DNA from: Lama glama
Lineage: Eukaryota
Direction: 5' to 3'
DNA: 64,000 nt
NCBI GenBank assembly: GCA_028534125.1
Contig: CM052817.1
Span: 27,096,001 to 27,160,000 of the forward strand
Of the stretch, positions 53,301 to 64,000 are shown one piece after another. Position 1 is the first letter of the stretch, and each line of letters begins with the position of its first letter. Made by a program: the position numbers and the translations under genes. A model generated the notes under the pieces. That model worked only from the letters and a program-made list of their open reading frames with translations. It was not told where the DNA came from and made no database searches.

Positions 53301-54482
53301 GAAAATTTTTAGCCTGGATTTGGAAATAAATAACTCTTTTTCCTCTTGGATCAGGGAACTTTGGGGATGTAAGTCCATCACCCTGGGCCACCATATCCCT
53401 CTTTGCATGGAGAATGAGTTTTTGGAGCACGAGGGAATGAGAGCAATGGGCAAATAAAAGCATAGGGAAACAGAGATGGATATGGCCGTAGGAGAATTGT
53501 GAAAAATGGGAGACACTGGAGTTACTGAAGTCCAAATTGCTGCTAAGTAAGAGTGTTAGGAATGCCAGGAAACTGCTGTGTTTATTATTTAGATGCTACT
53601 GAAGATGCTCATTCATTACATCAGTCAATGTACTCTTTGTAAGGGAATATATTTCCCACTCCTCCTGTTTCCTTGTGGAGAGAGATCCCTACTTTCACAC
53701 TCTTGACGTCTCTTGCCACTTCTTACTCTTCCCCATGGCAAGGAGGGATCTGCCTGCCATCGAAGAGCCTCTGGTCTGGTCTAGTTCAGTGATATCCATG
53801 CTGAAGTATTGGAGGAGTGGGGAAGAAAAATAAGACTGATTCTTGGATAGATAGGATAGAAGGATGCCTAATTATAGAACCAAGCAAGAGAAGTAAAATG
53901 TTAATGTAGCATTTAGGTAGTGGAGTGTATGGGTATTAATTGTAAAATTCTTTCAATTCTGTTGTATGTTTGAAAGTTTTCAAAACAAAAATTTGGAGTT
54001 AAAAAAAAAAACAACCCAGGATGCATTGTGATGTTGTAGCTTGACACAGGCATTTGATATAAATTGAGAAGCAGACAGAGAATATGTTCCTTAAAGAGAG
54101 CCTGGCATCAGATACTAAGTTTTACAGATCACATTACAACCAAGTGTAAGTCTAGCTGTACAGCTTCAAAAAGTGGCCAAACAGGCTATACTAGTGATTG
54201 TCCAGGGGCAGCGATTCTTCACGTGTGAAGGCTCTTGCTTTATTCACTGGCAGGAATTTTGAAATGCTACTCTCCTTACCAGAAGGCAAAGTAATGGAAA
54301 CTGGATATTTGGGTAGTTGATGGGAGGAAGAGGGGTGGGGTAGGGGAAAGACATTTTGTAACTTAACCGAGATAATGCTTGTAAAATGCTTAACATAATG
54401 CCTGAATAAGTTCTCAGAAAATGTTAGCTGTAATTATAGTTAGCTCCTTATTGAAAAAGAAAATCATATATAGATGTAACAT

Positions 54483-54930
54483 TGGAGTGGGTTGAATTGT
54501 GTCCTCCTAGAAGATACGTCCAAATCCTAACCTCTAGTACTTGTGAATATGACCTTATTTGGAAATAGGTTCTTTGCAGGTGCAATTAAAGAAGTCTTGG
54601 TGAGAGCATGCTGGATTTAGGGTGGGTCTTAAATTCAACGACAGGTGTTCATAGAAGAGAAAAGAGAGAGACACACAGGGAAGAAGGGCGTGTGAAGATG
54701 GAGGCAGAGGCAGGAGTTAACGCTGCCACAAGCCAAGGAACGTCAGGAACCCCTAAAAATGAAGAGGCAAGGAAGGATTCTCCCCTAGACCATCAGAGGG
54801 AGAGTGGCCCTCCTGATACCTTGATTTTGGACTTCTGGCCTCCAGAATTGTGAAAGAAGAAGTTTCTATTGTTTTAAGGCCCCACATTTGTGGTAATTGG
54901 TTACAGCAGCCCTAGGAAACCAGTGTAAAT
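54483..54930 (+). mobile_element. MLT1A/B-like MaLR LTR
   Basis: gggttgaattgtgtcc..gaccttatttggaaatagg..gacttctggcctccagaa..ttacagcagccctaggaaac. Confidence 0.88.
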
Positions 54931-55569
54931 GTTCAACCAAGAAAAAGGATATGACAAGGTACTATGTGGTTTGTTACAGCTGAACAATACAGAATAGACT
55001 GAGTATCTGGGAGACACGTATTAGAATCACCTGGAGAGGGTGTCGAGCGCCTCCTCTCCAAGGAGGGGAGAGGAGTACCAGGAAGGGAGCAGGTTCTGCT
55101 TGAAAAATCACCACCTTGTTGTTGGGAGTCCATGGGGCCCTAGGGGGCTGGCTCTGAATAAAAGTAGGAGAACCAGCAGTATAAATAATAATTGTGATAT
55201 ATCGGATGGAGAGCAGATAATTACCACCTTAAAAACATGCCGCTCTGTATTCTGTTGCCTAGGCAATGGAAGCAAGGGAAAATAAATTATCTGTACTTAA
55301 CCATTTGCATAAGAATAAAAATGTTAAGATATTGGCTCTAGTTCTAATTCTCAAGGTCTATCAGTGCCCCCTGAGAGAAATGGCTTGGTCATTTTTACAA
55401 TTATGTTGTTTATGGGACTTGAGAAAAATGCCTATATGATGTCTAAGGCAGAACAAATGCCAGTCTTTGAGCTCTTGATCTGATTCCCCAAGTGCTTCTC
55501 CGTTTCTCACTCTTTTCCATCCGTGGGCATCATAGGTTTCAGCCTTCCTCAACTACTTTCTTTTTTAAA

Positions 55570-55695
55570 ATAAAATATTAAGAAAATAGAACATGAAATG
55601 AATATGAAAGGAATATACACATATAACTGAATCACTATGCTGTACACCAGAAAACACAACATTGTAAACCGACTGTACTTCAATTAAAAAAAATA
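55570..55695 (+). mobile_element. Short L1 3' end
   Basis: ataactgaatcactatgctgtacaccagaaa..attgtaaaccgact..A tail; same family as 5610-5825. Confidence 0.8.
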
Positions 55696-57329
55696 GTGAC
55701 ACAAGGAATCCATATGCATTGCAAAACATTTAGAAGATACAGAGAAGTCAAATGGAAACAAACTTTAAATGGTTCACAATCATGTCAAAGATTGTCATTG
55801 TTAACACAGTGGTGCATATCCTCACTGATTTTTTTTTCCATGCAAGTGTAAGTATGTAGTTATAAGAATTTGATCATAATATACACACCATTTGGAAACT
55901 TGCTTTTCTCCCCTTTAACTATATATTACAAGTATTGGATATGTTGGTAAGCATAGAACTAACTCAGTTATTTTTAATGGCTATGTATTGTTCCATTTTA
56001 ATAACTTTTAACGATTTACTTAATAAGCCCTCATTGTTGGGTATGTTGCTGTAATTATTCACTAGTGTAAGCAATGCTGAAGTGAACATTCTTTATATAT
56101 TGAGTGCACATCCAGTGATTTCCTTAGATTGATACATGGAGCCAAAATGCTCTCAAGAGTGTTTATATTGCTTTACTCTCCCACCAGCAGTGTTTGTGAA
56201 TGCCTCTACCTCTACAATCTCGCAAACGTAATTATCAACCTATTTAATGTTTGTCTATCTGTTCGGACAAATAGAATTTTGTTATAATTTGTATTTCCAC
56301 AATTATTAATGATTTCTAAGATGCCATGACACTTGTTCCACCACTCAGTGTAAAAGGCACTGCTTGTTTTTCTGTACTCAGCCTATTTTCTCAACCTTTA
56401 AGTCCTCATTCCACTGGGGCAATGGGAACTTAATCTCAGCCCCAAGTATTTTCCTAGGATCACAACTAAATTCCAGAGGACTAGGTGTGAAAGCGTTGGG
56501 TGTGAGTATTGTTGTGTGTTTTGGGGGATCCAATTGACTGATGAGGCCACTTTCCCCACACTAGTGTCTACTGGAATGAGATGGCTGTCTATCCACTTGG
56601 TCTTTGGTCATTGGTCCCTTCAGAATAGGGAACAAGAGATGTCAAGATGCCCCTTATTCCTGACAAGGAGGAGCTTTCAGTTCCGAGAGCCCGCTTTGCC
56701 ATTTCTGAGGCTCCCTTTGGATGGGGCATAGCATCGTTCTGCTGCCCTGTGACAGGCTGGCGCTTGAGAGGGGTTGGGAGGCTGGCAGAGGCTCCCTCTG
56801 CCTAGACACACCACTACTTCCTTGAGGCCGTCAGTATGAAACACTGAGCTGTTGAAATGCAGGGAAGGGTGAAGGGAGAACGTAAATATCAATTTTAAAG
56901 CATCTGCTAATATTTCAGAGTATTATGCTACCAATCAGCCAATAGTCCTTTTGTGAAATGCCTCTTCCTGGTCTTTGCTTATGCCAGCTACTTTCAGTTT
57001 TCCCGAAGCACCATACTCTCTTGTGTACACCTCTTCCAAATGTCTTCACGCATCCTTTTTCTTCAGGCTAACCCCTGTTTCAATTCTATGTATTGATCTT
57101 CCTATTCCCCTCTAAGATAACGTATATTATGCTCTCTGTAATTGCATATCTGTTTGTTTGTGGGCAGTGTAGGCAATAAAACCACCTAAAATAGTTACCT
57201 TTCTTGTTGAAATTCTATATTCCTTGAAGGAGAGGACTGTGTCATAGACTTTTTCATTCTGATCATATTCTAAAACAGATTAACAAATAAAGAAATAGTT
57301 TAAACACTTACCTAAAATGAGGATAAATA

Positions 57330-57545
57330 AGCTGTAGTGGTTTAAGCCGCAGGCTGTAGAATCAGAGAGAATTGGATGAAGCTGGAATTTGTGATTTTCC
57401 AGCTATATGACTTTGGGCAAGTCATTGATCGTCCTGAACCTCAGTTCTTTCATCTGTAAAATAAGAAGCATTATAGCAACTTGACAGGGAATTGCTATAA
57501 AGCACAGTGCCTGACACTTAGTAAGCAAATAACAAACATAGCTGA
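57330..57545 (+). mobile_element. MIR
   Basis: tgactttgggcaagtca..cctcagttctttcatctgtaaaat..gcacagtgcctgacac. Confidence 0.75.
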
Positions 57546-57949
57546 TTATTACTAATAACCATTCCTGGGTAGGGAACAGAAAGGCCGATATGCTTACTGT
57601 CTTCTCCTTTGCTGATACTTGATGGACAGCATTGCAAATTATTTAAACCAAGTAATTTATGCTAGAAAAGTAATACTAGAGAAGCCAACAAAAGGGATTA
57701 ATATCACTGATTGACTAGTGGAAAAGGATTGATTATTTGCTACCCTATGTGTTAGGCTGATAAAAATACTGTATTCTGTGAGCTGGTACGTGATTGGGTT
57801 TTCGAGTTTATGTATTACTCTTTAGGAAGTGGGCATGACATGAATTAAAGGCAGGAACTGTGAATGCAAATGCCGTAGAGGCCAGGCAGCTACTACTAAT
57901 GAATGAATCAGGCAAATTTGTAGGTAAGGAGTGACGGGGATTGTGGCAA

Positions 57950-58210
57950 AGGGTAGAGCCACGCCCCTCCCAGGGGGCAGTGGCTACCCAGCTCCAGCTT
58001 TGACAACGCCGGAATGCAGAGCTGGCCACGTCTCCCAAGTTGTTAAGAGAAGTTGGAAATCTAGAGAGCTTTTTCTTTTTAACCTCTCATGAAGTATCCT
58101 AATTTCTAGAAGTTGGCAACCAATTCAAGCATTGTTCTAAAACACTATGCAGGCCAAAAAGTCGTGTCTGCAGGTCAGAGCTGATTCACGGGTCACCAAC
58201 TTGTGACCTT
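57950..58210 (+). mobile_element. MER103-like hAT remnant
   Basis: aagagaagttggaaatct..gttggcaaccaattc..gcaggccaaa..gtctgcagg..ttgtgacct. Confidence 0.55.
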
Positions 58211-59169
58211 TGACTTGTGATATCATTAACATTTTCAAGACGCAGAGAGAAATGTGGCAAGTTTAGAGCTGTAAGGAATGATAAACCATCAACACAAACT
58301 TTGTCCAGTGGAATGGGAATTATTTTTAATATTCCTTTTAGTCAATTTTTATTCAACATATGTTAATTTTTTAAAAAAATCTCACCCAATATATTTTAAC
58401 TCCTCCTATCCTTCAGCTAATTCTGCACTGAGCTTCGGCTGGATCTGTTTCCCATCTTGACCTCCTGTTGGAACAGCCTGGCAGGTTCCTAAGTAAACTG
58501 CATTCTCCTAACAGGCCTCTGCATGAGATGAGCTGGGGAAAGCCCTGTAGCTCAACAGGCAGATGGCAGTAAGAAATTAACTTGAACTTCAGCGAGGCTG
58601 AGGTTTCCATGGGAACAGAGGAAGCAGCCATACTGCCTGGCATTTGAACTGAATAGGAAACAGGCTCCCCCTCAGCATAGTTCTAGAAACGGCTGCACTA
58701 TGCTACCACTCTCTGCATAGATGTTTGCTATTTTCCCCTGAAGGGTTTCAACTTTAGTTAATAACAGGATAATAAATGATCCTCAGATACATGCTTAAAT
58801 AGGTTAGAGTGTCTGTGAGTATCAGATACGAGAAAGAATGTGTAAGCATCTAATTGCTGAAATCTGAAAATCATTACTAAGCTTTAGTGGTCTCCATCAC
58901 AAAAAAATATTTTTTAACTAAGTGAGCCCATGACAAGCAGAAATCATTGTTTCAATCTTCATTTCCTGTAAAGCATAGACATTCAAATAAATGTGATTTT
59001 TCTGTCAGTGTTATTTTCTTTTAGGAATAAAATAGATCATTAACATGTATTTTGTCTGAACTTTTGGGCACTCAGTTAGCATGTGAAGAATAAGCAATTC
59101 TGAAGAGTACTCTACTTTTTGGAATTAATGACTGAAGAGAGTTCATCTCACCTGTGTCTGTTTCACAAC

Positions 59170-61203
59170 CAGAGGTGGATTAACCGGGAAGCTAAGGAAG
59201 TTCAAGCTTTGTGTCCCTGCCCTCAAAACAGCCTCTTCCAAGACCCTGGAGCGAGCCTTCAAAATGACCATATATTTTTGTAAAATTTTTGTAACATTTG
59301 TAAAAGATAATTTTAACTGCAATGGTTGACACTGCTGTCTCTTCTCATGCAGACTTCCCCTCCATCACCATTGCCCTCCTGTTGAGTGGATGAAATGGCT
59401 GCAGGTATTTTGGGGGTCTGGGTTAGGAGTAGTTGCACTAGGGATACATTAAATATGGGTTTAGTGGGATATGTTTACGTAGGTCACAGTTCTGTGTATG
59501 GGTGTGTTACTGGCCGTTGTCGTGGTGTAGGAACGACTTCTGGTAATATTTCTACTGCCCACTATGGCAATTCACTCAGCATCGTGACACAGAGGTGCTG
59601 GGACAGAGATGGGATTGAGAGATGACCATGTCCTGTGGTACCTGGCACCCTGGGATGTGGTTATCTGGGAGAAACAAGATGGAAATGGAGCCAGGAGCTA
59701 GTCTGTGGAAGATTCTTTCCATTATCAGACTTGTACAATTATAGATGGAAAATTTGGTTCTCAGTGAATTCTAGGCAAATTGGAAGATCTCACCTATCAG
59801 AAAGTCTTGCTAATGCAGTGTATACAATTATAAACACACTGTACATTTTTAACAGAAATTGTGTGATACAGAACTTATCAGAATTCTTATGGTTAAATTT
59901 CCAGCTGAATTAACACAAAATACTGATAACCAAGGTAGCATAAAACTCAATACATAACCACCACAGGAATGTGGATGGCAAAATGGTTAAGGAGAACTGT
60001 CGATTGGAAGAGTGTTTAAGATGAGTTACTCCTACAGTAGCTGAGGACTACAGGAAACTTGAAAAACTTGAAATCTTATATGAAAAACGTGATAGAGGCT
60101 TTCTTAAATTTGATAACAATCTTAAAAATTTCTATCATGTTATCAAAATGGAACCGTGCAGCTGCAAGAAGCTTTCTGAACCATCATCAAAAACCCAGAG
60201 TTCAGCATTGCCATATGCCAGCAACTCTTAACATTGTGAGTGATTAAAAAAAAGAAAACCCTCTCCCAGCAAGATCTTCTGTTGGTCTAAGTTCAAAACA
60301 ATTGCTACTGTTACTGTTTAGTTTTTATAACACAATATATGCATAGGGTTTAAATTAGTCCATTTAAAAATTACTCATCCTTTAATGAGCAGTAATATTC
60401 CACACAGGAGTTAAATTTGATAAACTCCCAGTTTCACAGTGAACCTCAGATGCACAGTGACGCAGCTATACGTGCCTTTTTAAGAGTAAGTGCGTAATAG
60501 TTCAGAATCATTTCAGTTTGTGTCAGACACGGACGTGTCTCTGTGATAATATACACCCTGCATTTAAGCAGTAGCCTCTAACTAAGTGGTGACAGCACAG
60601 TGATTGTAAGAATGAACAGAACTTGAATTACTTCAATGCTGTTACCCTTTGTGCAAATCAGTCTCTCAACTTTACGGAGTTTACTTATTGGAAACAAATT
60701 TTTCCTGTGTTTTTTCCCCTATGTTAAAGAATACAGTACTATAAAAATATTAACTTACTACTTTTGTCCTTTTCATATTGCCATGTACATTGTGATTATT
60801 GTTTTATTTTTTTGTCATGGGTATACAAAGCCTAATAAAAGAAAATTTCAGTGAAAAAAACCAAACCAAACCATGCAAAAGATAGGACCGAATAATTTCT
60901 TTCTCTCTTCTCTGTATAGGCAATCATTACACAAAATATTATATGAAGAGGTAATCAAAGAGGATGCACCATCCCCACAAAAAATTAGGGGAAAAGCATT
61001 ACACAGACGTGTCAGGCAATTAACAAAAATAATTTCATTATTTTCTGGATTGGGTAATGGTTGTGGTATTTGACATCGTCCTAAAATTTGTGATTTGTTT
61101 TATTTCTTTTATCATTCTAGAAATAAATACTCACTTTCAAACCTAATTTTGTATTTGTAATTGGTAAAAGCTTCAGGCCCAGTAAAACCCAGATCTACCC
61201 TTG
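59170..61203 (+). mobile_element. hAT-Tip100 (Zaphod/MER115-like) DNA transposon fossil
   Basis: Termini cagaggtggatt...agatctacccttg with subterminal gaagctaaggaagttcaagctt / aagcttcaggccc; internal decayed hAT dimerisation-like peptide EAFLNLITILKISIML..AAARSF. Confidence 0.7.
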
Positions 61204-61419
61204 GTCTCATTTCTCCTGTAACAACAGTCATTTTTTAAAAGGTAAAATGTACAGAGAATAAAATGCACAAATCTTAAATGCATAGCTCATTGACTTTTTA
61301 CTTATTTATACAACTGTATTACCACCACTCATGAAGATGCAAAACATTTCCATCACCCCAAAAGAAAAAAATTAATTTCTAATATGTTCATATTTAAGAT
61401 GTTAATATATCCACAAACA

Positions 61420-63320
61420 AAAACATTTTGCTAAGGAAAAGCAACACTCAAAGAACACAAGCAAACTCTTAGTGATAAAATTATAGTTACTAAAATAAAA
61501 AATTCAACAGGAAGACTAGAAAAATGGTTAAAGAAGTCACCCAGAACACTGAGCAGAAAGACAGAGATGGAAAATATGAGAGATAAGCTTAGAATAGAGG
61601 ACCACCAGGAGGAACAACTCCAACAAATAGAAGTCCTAGAAGAAAGGAAATGGAACGGAGGAAACTTTGAAAAAAATGAAAAATTTTTAAGACTTGAAGA
61701 ATGACATGACTTTTCAGATTTTAGAGAGTTACTCTGTATCAATAGTTCAAAGTCAATAGTTCAGAAGTACTATCTTGGTATAATTTTTACTTTCATTTCT
61801 CTTGTGAAATATCCTTAAAATTTTATGAACCAAATACAATTGAAAAATTTAAAAAATTAAAAAGGAATATGTTAGAAGTATATTTGATCTTCACTCTAGA
61901 TTGGTTCAAACTATTTTGTTCTAGATTACATTTATCCATTGTCATTCATTCATCCATTCAGCACTTACTTGAGCTAAGCCATCACAGTGCCAGTCTCAAA
62001 GAAAAGAATTGATTCCTACTATACATCCAACTACATTACAGTATTATATGTGTAAAGATATGTAGAGATATAAAGAAGCAGCTATCTCAATGTTTTTCAT
62101 CATTATTAAATGTCTTTTTAAAATAAATATAATAATTTGTCCTGAACTCATCACACTTTCTGAATCTAATGATTCATATAGTTCATTAATTCTAAAAAAT
62201 TCTAACCATCATCTTTTGAAATATTCCCTCTCCTCATTTTCTCCATCTCTCCTTCTGTAATTTCTAGAAATTGTTTTATGGGATATTCACATTCTCTTAA
62301 CCCCTCTTTAATACTTTTTCCTATTTTCCTATGCTTCAATCCATATAATTTCCAAAGATCTATTTTCCAGTTCACAAGTTTTCTTTTCACTTGTGTCCTA
62401 CCTCTATTTTAACCTCTACTTTGAGTCTTAAATTTATGACTACATTTTTCTAGTTGTTTTTTTATGCTCTCTCATAACTGTCTTTTTTATTGTACCTTGT
62501 TATTATATTCTGTTTCGATTCATTATTCTATGTCTTTATTCATTTAAATTTTATTTTATAACCTTTATCTGATAGCTCTACTAAATGAATTTCTGGGGAA
62601 CCTAATTTAGTTCTTTATTGTGTCTCTTAAATTTTGTTTAGGTGGTGTGGTTTTTGCATGCTTTTGTACTTTTGAATTGTAAGCTAATCTTCAGCAGAGT
62701 TTGTATTTGGGGGTCCTGAGAGTCTTGGATGGAGGGCATGTCTTCCCAACAGATTTTGCATTGGCTTCTTCTAGGTACCCAAGAGGTCCTAGACCAAATT
62801 CTAAATTAATTTCTAAACTTGAGAGGCCATAGATCATGTGTGTGTTGTCCATAAAGTGGATTAGGCTTTAGTTTACACATTATCAAGAGAGGTTCCGCTG
62901 CCTCCCACCCAGATATGAGGTCAAGAAAGAGAAGCTTCCTTATTGTCTCCTGTGGTGGAATAATCTGGTCTATTCTTTCTCTGTGGGAGTATTGCACATA
63001 TGCATGCATGCACATGTGTGTGTGTGTGTGTGTGTGTGTTGCTGCTCAGTTTCAGTTCTTCACAGGGAACAGGCCCAGGGTGTTCACTTCTAGGACTAAA
63101 ACCCTAGCCCTAGGTTTCTGAGTCCAGCAGCCACTGTTCACTGGGTCTCTCTGCAGGGCAGTCAATGATCAATTTACGAGCTCACTGCTCTAGTTTTATG
63201 TTCTTTCTCCATTTTGCCCCCTGGGGAATTTCTTTTGAGCTCAGCTATTCATGTAAAAAATATTTTTTTATATTTTGTGTGGCATTTCTAGGAGTTTTGT
63301 ATCAGGAAAGTTATTTAGTC
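61420..63320. mobile_element. Old L1/HAL1 ORF1-region fragments, both orientations
   Basis: A-rich + fragment 61420-61740 and T-rich fragment 62100-63320; MKRKLVNWKIDLWK resembles frameshifted L1 ORF1. Confidence 0.5.
63016..63038. repeat. (TG)n microsatellite
   Basis: About 11-12 units. Confidence 0.9.
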
Positions 63321-64000
63321 TGTCACAGTCTGGGAAATTAAAATTATTATTCACATATTTTTAAATGGCTTTAAAAATAAAAGCAGTGATGGATTCAGAC
63401 TATTTTTCAAAACCCTTCCTAAAGATTCTCATAGCTACTTTGTTACATTGAGAATCACTACCTTATAGGAACACAGAAGAAGAGGTGACTAGTTTTGACG
63501 TGGCTGCTAAGGATGTCATCAAAAAGGTGACATTAAGTCAGATCTTGGAGGGTGAGAAGTTTATTTACCACCAACTGCCAGTCTTCAAAGTATCATGCAC
63601 AATGAAATTTAGTCTTTGTCCAATTGATTTATAATTTTTTATATATTAATAGGTTTTTTTTTTAATATGTAATATCATCAAAGCTATTATTAACCCCTGA
63701 TTTCCAAGTGCAAGGCAAGGAAGCAAGAGATTCAAGAAAACTGAGACTCAGAGACGTTAAATAACATTTTCACTTGTGTAACATGTGGCTCCAAGAAATA
63801 TGCCCTCCAGGGAGCTGCACTGACCACGGGTCCTAGTTGCTGTGCTCTGAAGTCCATTGCTATGTTTGCATTGAACAGCGTTTCCCACTGGGCTGCTCCC
63901 AACCAGTTACTAAATATGGCAGGAATACGGCAGAGACACAAAGGCAGGCTTGTTCTGGGAGACCCAGGACTCTTGTGGCACCTGACTTTGGTTCACGGAC

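Overview
Mammalian genomic DNA, most likely a camelid (alpaca or camel), inferred from three camelid-type tRNA-derived SINEs. The one recognisable gene is UCHL1 (ubiquitin C-terminal hydrolase L1 / PGP9.5) on the + strand. It has a CpG-island promoter at ~8.8-9.8 kb and coding exons 1-7 (8981-15730), all with GT-AG introns, encoding residues 1-175 including Gln84, Cys90 and His161. Exons 8-9, which carry most of the Asp176 codon, the C-terminal CKAA and the 3'UTR, are not visible and probably lie in the 500-N gap at 16426-16925. The remaining ~47 kb has no recognisable host exons and is dominated by L1, L2, MIR, MaLR/ERV LTRs and hAT DNA transposons, several with visible target-site duplications (TSDs) and nesting. 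Best leads: a possible head-to-head antisense/SINE-bearing RNA analogous to mouse AS-Uchl1 (SINEUP), an exon-8-like segment at the gap edge, a young CpG-rich solo LTR with a perfect DR1, a putative 3'UTR retrocopy splitting a hAT transposase fossil, and a CRE/ATF4 motif cluster plus a CTCF-like site downstream of the gene. No novel system can be demonstrated from sequence alone. Repeat family names come from recall, not a database search, and their boundaries are approximate unless a TSD is given.
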